The notes beneath the pieces were generated by a model. It was not told the origin of the DNA, ran no database searches, and worked only from the letters and a program-made list of their open reading frames with translations. A stretch of DNA of 64,000 nucleotides, taken from contig OY729426.1 of the NCBI GenBank assembly GCA_963422365.1, positions 1,568,001 to 1,632,000 of the forward strand. Reading direction: 5' to 3'. The position numbers were made by a program, and so were the translations under genes. Source of the stretch: Nitrospirales bacterium (GTDB taxonomy: Bacteria; Nitrospirota; Nitrospiria; Nitrospirales; UBA8639). Below are positions 48,912-57,921 of the stretch, in pieces (the first letter of the stretch is position 1; the number at the start of each line of letters is the position of its first letter).

Positions 48912-49980
48912 TGACAGTCATCGTGGGATCGCGGAGTTGAGCCAAGCGGCTTAAAGGAACACGGGCCACCTGAACACTCTGAAGCGGCAGCAGTTCAGGC
49001 GCAGCCGTCACATGAGGATTCAGGGGATATTCTTTGTTCACGTTCGCGAACATGCGTTGCCCTTTGGGAGAGATAAGAAATCGGATCAAGGCCTGAGCCT
49101 GCGCAAGGCGTTTGGTGTGCGCAGTGATGCCAATTCCCGCGGCATTGAGAATAACGCCCATACCCTGATTCCCTTGATCGGTCAGCAGCGGGGCAATCGG
49201 TGCATCGGGGTGTTGGGCCAGATGACGGTTAATATAATAATGATTGACCAGACCTGCGGCCACTTCCCCGCGTGCCACGGCTGCCACAATTTGCCGATTT
49301 TTCCCATAGACAAATGACCCTGCATTGTCCTTTAAACCTCGCAGGAACGTGGTGGTCGCCTCATTCCCCTTCACTGCACGAATAACCGACACGCCGTTCT
49401 GCAAGTAGACGCTGCCTGCACTGGGAATCGCGAGGTTACCTTTCCATTTCGGGTCGGCGAGATCCAGAATAGAGGAGAGATCGCCGGGGTGGACCATGGC
49501 GGTGTTATAGACGATCACCCAAAGTCGACCTGATAAGCCAATCCAACTATTGTCCGGTGCCCGGAATCGGCTGGGAATGCTTTTCTCAAGGTCAGGAATG
49601 GTACTGGTTTGGAGCAGCTGTAATTCACGCGCGCGCTCCAAGGTTCCGGCGTCATTGGTAATGAGGACGTCAGATGGAGTCCGATCCCCTTCCATCCGAA
49701 GCCGGTTGATCAACGCCGTGCTGTCCGCAGTCAGCATTTGAATGCTGATGTCCGATTCGGCTTGAAACGCATCGAGTACCGGTTGAATGAGCCGTTCGGC
49801 TCGGCCGGAGTAGACCACCAGCGTATCCCCGGCATAGCCCAAGGACGGGAGGGCGAGGGCTGCCACGAAGAACAAACAGACTTTTCGAATGAAGATGATG
49901 AGACGATTGTCGCGAATCCGTTGTCTCAACGTCGTTCTATCCTTGCATTGGCGATCAAGTCTCGCCCGCAATTTTTGCAC
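48889..49980 (-). CDS. fbpA: Fe3+ ABC substrate-binding protein (FbpA/FutA-like; start uncertain)
   Basis: LVVYSGR, LADPKWKG, GLVNHYY tyrosine-pair iron ligands, NKEYP. Confidence 0.88.
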   Translation of the reverse strand: MQKLRARLDRQCKDRTTLRQRIRDNRLIIFIRKVCLFFVAALALPSLGYAGDTLVVYSGRAERLIQPVLDAFQAESDISIQMLTADSTALINRLRMEGDRTPSDVLITNDAGTLERARELQLLQTSTIPDLEKSIPSRFRAPDNSWIGLSGRLWVIVYNTAMVHPGDLSSILDLADPKWKGNLAIPSAGSVYLQNGVSVIRAVKGNEATTTFLRGLKDNAGSFVYGKNRQIVAAVARGEVAAGLVNHYYINRHLAQHPDAPIAPLLTDQGNQGMGVILNAAGIGITAHTKRLAQAQALIRFLISPKGQRMFANVNKEYPLNPHVTAAPELLPLQSVQVARVPLSRLAQLRDPTMTVIEDVGLR

Positions 49981-50414
49981 TCACCCTTCGGCAATTGTAT
50001 GGGGGTCCCATATAGTTCTAGTTTATGGGTATGAATCGTAAAACCGTTATTTCTCGCGACTTCTTCTTGTAATGCTTCAATCTGGCAATTCTCGAATTCT
50101 ATGATTTTATCACACACCGTGCAGATGAGATGATCATGGTGCCCTTTGTGGGCCACATTATCGAACTGAGTCTGATTGCCGAAATGTTGCTCTTGCGCGA
50201 GGCCGGTCTCGCACAGAAGTTTAAGCGTGCGGTAGACCGTGGCAAGGCCGATATGGGGGTTCTTCTTGGAGAGCAGCCGATACATCTGTTCGGCCGTTAC
50301 GTGTTCCATCTTCAAAAAGGTCTTGAGAATGTTCTCACGTTGGCGGGTCAGCTTAAGGCTGTTTTTAGAAAGGTGTTGCTTGAGAATCTCGAGTTCTTTG
50401 ATGGGCTTTGCCAT
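49926..50414 (-). CDS. fur: Ferric uptake regulator
   Basis: LTRQR, HVTAE, IGLATVYRTL, HHDHLICTVC, HKLELYG...CKNC; adjacent to iron ABC. Confidence 0.92.
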   Translation of the reverse strand: MAKPIKELEILKQHLSKNSLKLTRQRENILKTFLKMEHVTAEQMYRLLSKKNPHIGLATVYRTLKLLCETGLAQEQHFGNQTQFDNVAHKGHHDHLICTVCDKIIEFENCQIEALQEEVARNNGFTIHTHKLELYGTPIQLPKGECKNCGRDLIANARIERR

Positions 50415-50583
50415 ACCAATAAATTCCCATGTGTATAGAAAAGCTATTAAACCGAAATATGGTCGAAGGGTCAAGCCAGCAGTGAACGTCATTGAGAGTG
50501 ATGACAGTTTTTTTTAGCAAGAGACTCTCTTGCCCGGACCGTATTTGCAGCCATGCGTATCTCTCGCTACCTTAAAAGCTGTC

Positions 50584-51491
50584 ATGGCGTATCCTTATCG
50601 CTACCAGGCTGCCGACTACAACCGAGCCTTTGCCATCGGGGTGTCACTCAATCTTGTCTTTGTCTTTATTGAAGCGGGGTGTGGCATCGTGACGAACTCA
50701 CTGGTGCTGGTGGCCGATGCCGGACACAACCTGAGCGATGTCTTGAGCCTCCTCCTGGCCTGGGGAGCTCGTGTCTTGGCCCGCCCGTAAACCCACACCG
50801 AGGCGGAGCTATGGTTTTCGGCGGGTGACGATTTTCGCCTCACTGCTGAGTGCCATCCTGTTGCTGATGACACTTGGTGCTGTCGCCTGGGAGGCGATTG
50901 GACGGCTGGACGCGCCTCTGCCGGTCAGTGGCGTCACGATCCTTATGGTTGCCGGTATCGGCGTGGTGATTAACGTGTGGACCGCGTTCCTCTTTCTGTC
51001 AGGTCGCAAGCACGACCTCAATATTCGGGGGGGGGGCGCATTTGCATATGGTGGCTGACGCAGGAGTCTCGCTTGGGGTGATGATCGCGGGTCTCGCCAT
51101 CATGGCCACGGGCTGGTTGTGGCTGGATCCTGCGATTAGTCTGCTCATGAGCGCGCTTATTCTTGTGGGTACCTGGGATTTGTTACGCGACTCGGTTAAC
51201 CTCGCCCTTGATTCAGTGCCGGATAATATTGATCCGAGGGCAGTCGAATCCTATCTGATTGGACTGCCGGATGTGCTCAGAGTCCACGATTTGCATATCT
51301 GGGCAATGAGCACGACGGAAGTTGCCATGACCGTTCATCTGGTCGTCCCTCATATCTCCACCGATAATAGGTTTCTGCGGCACATCTCGCATACTTTGCA
51401 TGATCGATTTGGCATTGCCCATTCTACTCTGCAAATCGAACGGGGCGAAGAAGAGGAATTTTGCAAACAGGCGCATCCCGAGAATGTTTGA
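50584..51491 (+). pseudogene. czcD: CDF Zn/Co/Cd efflux transporter with two frameshifts
   Basis: Three consecutive frames: ADAGHNLSD; KPTPRRSYG...DLNIRG; HMVADA...HDLHIW...HSTLQIE; shifts at ~50785 and at the G10 run ~51027-51036. Confidence 0.88.
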
Positions 51492-51564
51492 GAAAGTAGG
51501 AGTCTTCGCGTTGACGATTTCTCTTGTGGCTCGTTAGGATCACCCCCATCCCGAGTCACTCATT

Positions 51565-52134
51565 ATGCGAAAACCTCAGGAAATCACTATTGATCGGACA
51601 TTGCTGGTCTATGGGCTGCACTTGGCCCAGGACAAAGAATGTTCCATGGTCAGCGATGTCAAGGTGCAACAGCTGGTCTTTTTGGCTGAGTTGCAAATGC
51701 TTGGAAAAGGGGTACGCGGATTGCATTATGAATTTATGCGGTTCCCCTATGGGGCATTCAGTAAAGACCTCGATAATGATTTGCTGGCACTGCGTAAAAA
51801 AGAACGGTTGCAGAATTTTGATGTCGTTGGGTCGGCGGAAGAGTGTATCCCTTTATTAGATGAAGAGATGGCTTCAGGAAGCGAGGCGAACGAACAAATT
51901 ATGGAAATCCTGCAAGACGTCGTGGAGACCTATGGGCCTCAAGAGGTGGGGGAGATCACGAAATCCGTGGAAGACCTTGAAATCAGCGTGATCGATCGAC
52001 CCGAAGAAAAATTGTGTGTTCGGGACATTCCGTTTCATTCTATCGTGCTAGTCCCCTCCCGCATCGATGTCACCGGAGAATTTTCTGTTTCTCCCAAAAC
52101 CTTGTCTCTCCTGAATAGGGCGCTTGGCTCATAG
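51565..52134 (+). CDS. Hypothetical protein, SocA/Panacea (DUF4065)-like N-terminus
   Basis: KVQQLVFLAE...F.RFPYGAFS resembles the KLQKL.Y...YGP motif; acidic. Confidence 0.55.
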   Translation: MRKPQEITIDRTLLVYGLHLAQDKECSMVSDVKVQQLVFLAELQMLGKGVRGLHYEFMRFPYGAFSKDLDNDLLALRKKERLQNFDVVGSAEECIPLLDEEMASGSEANEQIMEILQDVVETYGPQEVGEITKSVEDLEISVIDRPEEKLCVRDIPFHSIVLVPSRIDVTGEFSVSPKTLSLLNRALGS

Positions 52135-52142
52135 CAGGCTCT

Positions 52143-52480
52143 CGTCATTCCTGTATGTGTTCAGTTCTCCGATTAAAAACGTCGGGGACAGGCATTCGTT
52201 GACAGAATAAGGGATTGACCGCCGTCTCTTTCTGTTGTAGCAGCGACATCCCCTGATCAAGTCGAGGGCAGGCTCATGGTGCGTTCTTCTTGGCCGCATA
52301 AGATGCGCGGCCCTACATGGACTGGATTCCCGATGACAACTGTCGAGAATGCTAGAGGGGGGAGAGAGCCTGTCCACGACTGGATCCCCTCCCGGGTCAA
52401 GGCCAGGGACATGGCTAAATTTGTCCGCGGCATTTGTTATTGGGGAAACTGCGGGGGAAGGGACGGGAATGACCGGAGGG
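52143..52480. repeat. MITE/REP composite, partly inverted copy of 26.38-26.6 kb
   Basis: CGTCATTCCTGTATGTGTTCAGT identical to 26383-26405; GTAG-REP doublet; nested hairpins. Confidence 0.8.
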
Positions 52481-52560
52481 AATAATAAAAGCGGAGCTGG
52501 GCCATGTTGACCCAACTCCGCAGGCTCCCAGCACCGCATGCTCGATAAACAATCCGCCAG

Positions 52561-52881
52561 TTACTGTGATGTAGGTACTGAGACAGAGTTCCCAATCATG
52601 AGGCGTTCCTTCATCTTTGCGTACGTTTTCTTGCCAATGCCCTTGACCTTCACTAATTCCTCCACGCTCTTGAACGGACCATTGGTGGTTCGGTATTCAA
52701 CAATCCGCTTAGCCAACCCTTTACCGATTCCCGGCAGTTGTTGAAGCTGTTTGGTAGTGGTGGCGTTCAGATCTATCTTGACCTCGCTCGCGAAGGCCAT
52801 TCCGGAAAAGCTGACGATGAGCATGAGCGCAAGCATGTTGAGTGTGAAGTAGGACCGACTCAGTTGGTGAATGTGTCTCAT
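52561..52881 (-). CDS. comEA: ComEA-like HhH DNA-binding protein
   Basis: Signal peptide; IDLNAT..QLQQLPGIGKGLAKRIVEYR..NGPFKSVEELVKVKGIG; AGGAGG RBS. Confidence 0.9.
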   Translation of the reverse strand: MRHIHQLSRSYFTLNMLALMLIVSFSGMAFASEVKIDLNATTTKQLQQLPGIGKGLAKRIVEYRTTNGPFKSVEELVKVKGIGKKTYAKMKERLMIGNSVSVPTSQ

Positions 52882-52939
52882 GGTTATTCCTCCTTTGAAA
52901 GGCGTGAACGGAAAAAGTAGCGCCAATGATTGGTCTATA

Positions 52940-52955
52940 AGCAAAGAGCATGCCG
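52940..52955 (-). promoter_or_regulatory. Sigma54 -24/-12 promoter of comEA
   Basis: CGGCAT-GCTCT-TTGCT on - strand; palindrome TGTCTA-N6-TAGACA at 53064-53081. Confidence 0.7.
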
Positions 52956-53163
52956 AAAAAACGAGAAAACGAGTTATTCGGAAAAGCATTTGATTGATAA
53001 GGGGTTTTTGTTCATTCCATTCTGGCTGGTCCGGCAGGCGTGGTTCTGAGAAACACAACGAATTGTCTACCTTGATAGACAGTTTTGTATCTTGACAGTC
53101 AGGCGAGGGAAGTTTTTGTGGATGAGGCCGGCGAACCGAGTTCAGAACAAGATGCCATAGTGG

Positions 53164-54708
53164 TCATCGAGTGATGGTGAAGCCGTAAATTTCCCCGATT
53201 TTGGTCCGGAGGTATACTAAGAACGGCTCCACGCTTAGCGAATGTCCGGTGATTCGGTGAAGGAGGTCGGTGGATGAATACTGCCGTCCACATTGATGGA
53301 TGTGGTGGTTCAGCCAGGCTTTGAGTGAAAGCAGATGGCCTTGTTGGATTTCGGTTTCCAGTGCAGGGATGTCTTGACAAGCCTGCTGAAAAAACATCGC
53401 GGCATAGAGGTTGCCCAGGGTATACGTGGGGAAGTAGCCCAATGCTCCAAGGGACCAATGAACGTCTTGCAGCACACCCTCGGCATCGCGTTTGGGGACA
53501 ATCCCAAGATATTCCTGCATCTTCTCCCGCCACAGATCAGGCAGGTCTTCGACCTTGACCCGTTGTTCAATCAAGGCTAACTCTATTTCAAAACGCACCA
53601 TAATGTGTAGATTGTAAGTAACTTCGTCCGCCTCCACCCGAATCAGAGATGGTTTCACCGCATTCAAGGCGGCATAGAAGGTGTCCAAGGACACCGCCCC
53701 GAGTTGTGACGGAAAGTGTTGTTGCAGCAGTGGGAAAAAATGTGTCCAGAAGGCTCTGGACCGCCCCACGCTGTTCTCCCATAACCGTGATTGGCTTTCA
53801 TGTATGCCGAGAGAAAGTGCTTCACCCAAGGGGGTACCATACTGCTCTTGGGGCAGGCCTTGAGCATAGAGACCGTGTCCGCCCTCATGGAGGCAACTCA
53901 ACAGGCAGGAGGAGAGATCCTTGTCAAAGACGCGCGTTGTCACGCGTACATCAGTGGGGTGAAAAGACGTGGTAAAGGGGTGGGCGGAGAGATCCAAACG
54001 TCCTCGGTTGAAGTCATACCCCATACCGTGGAGCACCAGGTTCCCAAACGCGACTTGCTGTGTTTTATCGTAGGCTTGAAACAAGATCCGATCATCCGGC
54101 GGCGAAGAGGATTCTTGGACGTGTTTCAAAAGCACAATTAATCCGTCACGAAGAGTGGCAAAGAGGGGCTGTAGCTGGGCCACGGTGGCTCCAGGCTCGT
54201 AGGTGTCCAATAAGGTATCGTAGGGGGAATCCTCGTAGCCTCTGGAGTCAATCTCTTCAAATTTCAAGGCGATGATCGTCCGAAGGTTGGGGAGAAAGTG
54301 CATGAAGTCGTTGCGTCGGCGTGCCTCGGCCCACACTTGCTGGGCCAGGGAACATTCGCGCTCCAGGCGATTCACAAAATCTGAGGAGAGCTTTTTGGCT
54401 CTGCTGAAGTCACGCCAGGTTTCCCGAAGCAGGGCCTTGGATGCGTCATCGAATCCAGCGGCGTCGGTGTTGGCGAAACCAGTTGTTGGATCAATATGGT
54501 GCAATAAGAGGTCTCCAATTTCGGGGGCCACAAACTTGGCGTGGGCCAGGGTCTGAAGCGTGGCAAGTTGCTCGGCACGGGTTTGACCTCCGCCGGCCGG
54601 CATGTAGGTTTCTTGATCCCAAGACAGCAGGGCTGCGGCATCCTTGAGGTGTTGTATTTCTAAGAGTTTAGACTTTAAGGTCATCAGTGCTTGCGTGGGG
54701 TTGGGCAT
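53164..54708 (-). CDS. Carboxypeptidase M32 (Taq-like)
   Basis: WDQETYMP, HPF, DVRVTTR, HEGGH, HESQS, IRVEADE, QDVHW, GYFPTY. Confidence 0.96.
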   Translation of the reverse strand: MPNPTQALMTLKSKLLEIQHLKDAAALLSWDQETYMPAGGGQTRAEQLATLQTLAHAKFVAPEIGDLLLHHIDPTTGFANTDAAGFDDASKALLRETWRDFSRAKKLSSDFVNRLERECSLAQQVWAEARRRNDFMHFLPNLRTIIALKFEEIDSRGYEDSPYDTLLDTYEPGATVAQLQPLFATLRDGLIVLLKHVQESSSPPDDRILFQAYDKTQQVAFGNLVLHGMGYDFNRGRLDLSAHPFTTSFHPTDVRVTTRVFDKDLSSCLLSCLHEGGHGLYAQGLPQEQYGTPLGEALSLGIHESQSRLWENSVGRSRAFWTHFFPLLQQHFPSQLGAVSLDTFYAALNAVKPSLIRVEADEVTYNLHIMVRFEIELALIEQRVKVEDLPDLWREKMQEYLGIVPKRDAEGVLQDVHWSLGALGYFPTYTLGNLYAAMFFQQACQDIPALETEIQQGHLLSLKAWLNHHIHQCGRQYSSTDLLHRITGHSLSVEPFLVYLRTKIGEIYGFTITR

Positions 54709-54893
54709 AAGACGTGACTCTCGTTATTCAACGCTGGATCATCTCCAATAATGTTTCCGATAGGTGATGGAGAAGGGGACTGTACAAAGCGCCACGTTTG
54801 AATGCAAGGTGGCGTGTGAAAATGCAGGGTCCTGGGGAACACCTGATTCGTCTCTATCCCTTCATGACAGAAAACCAGAGAAAGGAGCAGTAT

Positions 54894-55234
54894 ATGAAAG
54901 ATTTCATTGCGCCTGATATTGAAGCCTATGCGGAGGAACATTCGATGCCGGAATCGGATGTCTGTCGTCGGCTCAGGGAGGAACCCTATCATTCCGTCGA
55001 GCTTCCCGTACATGGTGGTTGGCCAGCTAGAAGGTATCTCCCAAAGGCGTCATGCTCATTGATAATGTGCTCTGGAGTGGGGAGGGGCTCAAGCACCCGG
55101 TACCGGATGGTGTCACTGCGGCGCTTCAAGACTTGAATCGGATCGTAGTTGCCGATCCCCGTGTGACGTCGGTGTTCGTGACCATCAGAGATGGCGTATT
55201 GGTCGTCCGATTCAGCAACGAAAGCCTGCAATAA
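54894..55234 (+). pseudogene. O-methyltransferase (YrrM/CCoAOMT-like) remnant with internal deletion
   Basis: N-terminus IEAYAEEHS...LREE..MVVGQLEG joined almost directly to C-terminus GVMLIDNVLWSG...DPRV...IRDGVLVV; SAM-binding core absent. Confidence 0.8.
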
Positions 55235-55287
55235 GCTACGATGGACAACCTCTCTGCCATTTGTCTATGTACCTGCCCTCAAGGGTT

Positions 55288-55688
55288 TTTCCCACACTAG
55301 ATTTTGTGGTGTCTATCACGTAGCCACCATGCCCAAAAAACAGGCAAATTGGTGAAATGCCTTCTGTCCTTTCCTTTTTTTTGGTAGTACAAAACTAATC
55401 CACAATGTTGTCCCCATTTTTTGTTGATGAATCATTGCACTCTTCATGTTTCAAATAAAAACAATGAGTTATGATGCTTGTTTTACGTAATCCACAATAA
55501 GTACCTGTGAATAGATGGTGGATGACTGCACAGGTTGGTGAATAACCTGCAGCGTAAGGCGAGAAGATTTTTTTTGATGACGATAGAGGCTGATTGTGGG
55601 TAGAGTGACCAGGTAAAAAGAGAAAAATGATCCTGATCAACTCCAGCCAAGGCTAGGAGAATTGTGAGTATGAAACAATTGATTCACC
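55288..55688. promoter_or_regulatory. Cluster of DnaA-box-like 9-mers with an IHF-like site
   Basis: About ten near-matches to TTATCCACA in both orientations; AAACAATGAGTTA at 55459-55471; AT-rich. Confidence 0.5.
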
Positions 55689-55944
55689 AAGAGGGATCAC
55701 AAAGTGGAATGCAGTCTGGTCTACGTGAATCCCTATTCTGGTCGGGATAACGGTCCTTCAACTGCTCCGGAGACGTACGTATGACATCCTGTTTGAGAAC
55801 CCGTTCGAATTCTTGGAGGGATCTCGTTTCCCTTAAGAGAGCGGTTTCGATTCAGCAGACTGCTAGTCGATACGGAGTACAGGCAAATGACACTCACCCG
55901 AGAGGGCGGGGTTCACAATGAATGGTGCGGGCCATGGGAACCGG

Positions 55945-56520
55945 CTAGCGAATCGCTCGGCGTCGAAAGCAATGGGTCGTATGATCGTTGACCATGCCAG
56001 TAGCTTGCATGAACGCGTAGCAAATAATCGAGCCGACGAATTTGAACCCCCGACGTTTCAGGTCCTGACTCATGGCATCGGAAATCGGTGTGTGACAGGG
56101 AACGTCTTTCGGAGATTTCCAGCGATTGCGAATCGGTCGGCCTTTGACGAATTGCCAGATATACTCATCAAAGCTTCCGACTTCCTTTTGGACGCGAAGA
56201 AAGGCGTGTGCATTTGAAATGGCCGCGTGAATTTTGAGTCGATTCCGAATAATGCCGGGATTGCTTGCCAGGTGGTGCACTTTTCGTGCGTCGTACCCGG
56301 CGATTGAAGCGGCGTCAAAGTGATCAAAGGCTGTTCGGAACGCTTCGCGTTTTTGCAAAATCGTGTTCCACCTTAACCCTGCTTGCGCGCCCTCAAGTAT
56401 GAGAAATTCAAATAACTGCTGATCGTCGTGCAAGGGGACGCCCCATTCATGATCATGGTACTGAATCAGGAGCGTATTGGTCGCCCAGGAACATCGTGTG
56501 GGTGAGGGGTGGTTCATCAC
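55945..56520 (-). CDS. tag: 3-methyladenine DNA glycosylase I
   Basis: RCSW, YHDHEWG, LEGAQAGL, IIRNRLKI, GFKFVG, GMVNDH...C. Confidence 0.96.
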   Translation of the reverse strand: MMNHPSPTRCSWATNTLLIQYHDHEWGVPLHDDQQLFEFLILEGAQAGLRWNTILQKREAFRTAFDHFDAASIAGYDARKVHHLASNPGIIRNRLKIHAAISNAHAFLRVQKEVGSFDEYIWQFVKGRPIRNRWKSPKDVPCHTPISDAMSQDLKRRGFKFVGSIICYAFMQATGMVNDHTTHCFRRRAIR

Positions 56521-56539
56521 AGGCGTTTTCGGTATCCGT

Positions 56540-57730
56540 TTAGTCCCGGTCTTGGTTATGGATCTCGATGATCACAGGGCAATGATCGGATAATTGTCGA
56601 TAGGCAAGCGGGTAGTTTCCCTTGATTCGCCGGCATCCCGTCACGGCACAATAGCCGGTGACGCGCGCTGACCGAGTGCGCACTTCGGCCATGTCCTTTG
56701 CCACCAACACGTGATCCAACCAACCGCCCCGACCGCGAAAATAATGCGAGCATTGAGGCTTCAAGGAAAGATCATCAAATCCAGGCGTTTCTTTCGCCAC
56801 CATTCGTCTGAGGTATTTCAATTCAGATCTTCGTGAATGATGATCGCCGGCACCCATGGTATTCAAATCGCCTAGGATGATCACGTCTTGATCTTCTTGG
56901 AGAAAGCGCGCAACCGTGGTGTCGATACGGTTGAGTGCCCTGTGTCGATCTTCGACCGCAAAGACCGTAGGGCCTGACTTGAGGTGAAGGCCAACCAAAT
57001 GAAAGTCCACACCCTGTCGGTGTGTTGATTGAACACGCGCGTAGTGGCCGGGACGGAGTCCGCCCTCGCATGGGTTTTGCGCGGACAGGGCTCTGCGATT
57101 AAAGGGCCAGAGGCTCTGAATGTCAGAGAGCCTCACCCGACTCGCATTCCACAATATCCCCACGTGATGGCCATCAGGCTTTCCGCATTGTTGAACCGAC
57201 CATTGCCAACCATCTCCCGTTTGTTGTTCGAGTGCTCTCAAAACCCGATTCCACGAGTTCTGAGCCTTGATGGTTGTTAAGCTTTCTTGAACGACCAGGA
57301 TATCCGGTTGCATCCACACAAGGGTGCATGTCAACCATCCTAAATCAGTTGGCGCGGCAGAACGATCCGGTCGGGCAGGTGGGCTGCCGTAGGGGAACCA
57401 TCGGATATTCCACGTCCCAAGCCGAAGTGCATCGGGAGCGGGAACGGCCAGACGACCGCCGTTCTCGACAACGTATTCGCAGTGCGTTGGAGATTTCCAA
57501 ACCAACGCTTCTTCTTGCGAAGAACTTTGATGGAAAGCAGGGGGGTGTGCCTCTTCATGCGCACCCGGTCCTTGATCGGTTACGAAGGGGATGTCCTGTT
57601 GCACGGATTTTTCGGCACCGTCCGCAAAGGCATCGGCCACGGATACAAAAAAGACATTGTTGACCCCAAACATTGAGACGACAATGAGGCTGAAAACCAA
57701 AGAGCAACGCTGCATCACGATCTCCCACAT
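56540..57730 (-). CDS. Exported endonuclease/exonuclease/phosphatase-family protein
   Basis: GTWNIRWF, QE, HLKS, LGDLN, LDHVL, SDHCPV; signal peptide. Confidence 0.9.
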   Translation of the reverse strand: MWEIVMQRCSLVFSLIVVSMFGVNNVFFVSVADAFADGAEKSVQQDIPFVTDQGPGAHEEAHPPAFHQSSSQEEALVWKSPTHCEYVVENGGRLAVPAPDALRLGTWNIRWFPYGSPPARPDRSAAPTDLGWLTCTLVWMQPDILVVQESLTTIKAQNSWNRVLRALEQQTGDGWQWSVQQCGKPDGHHVGILWNASRVRLSDIQSLWPFNRRALSAQNPCEGGLRPGHYARVQSTHRQGVDFHLVGLHLKSGPTVFAVEDRHRALNRIDTTVARFLQEDQDVIILGDLNTMGAGDHHSRRSELKYLRRMVAKETPGFDDLSLKPQCSHYFRGRGGWLDHVLVAKDMAEVRTRSARVTGYCAVTGCRRIKGNYPLAYRQLSDHCPVIIEIHNQDRD

Positions 57731-57921
57731 AAACCACTCATTTGCCCATACATACTAAACCGTGGTCAAGCAAGCATGCCCTGGGCCACGACCCGGGGGC
57801 GTGCAGACCGGTAGTCTCGTCTCAGCCATTGGTTGTTGAGGCGTGGACCGACGCGTTATGCTTTTTGAATAATCGGGTGCCGTGTGGTCAAAAACGTGAA
57901 GAGTGCTGATTGAGGTGAAAG

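Noticed and set aside
57731..57921. ZTP or THF riboswitch upstream of fhs
   Set aside because: Conserved aptamer motifs not recognised
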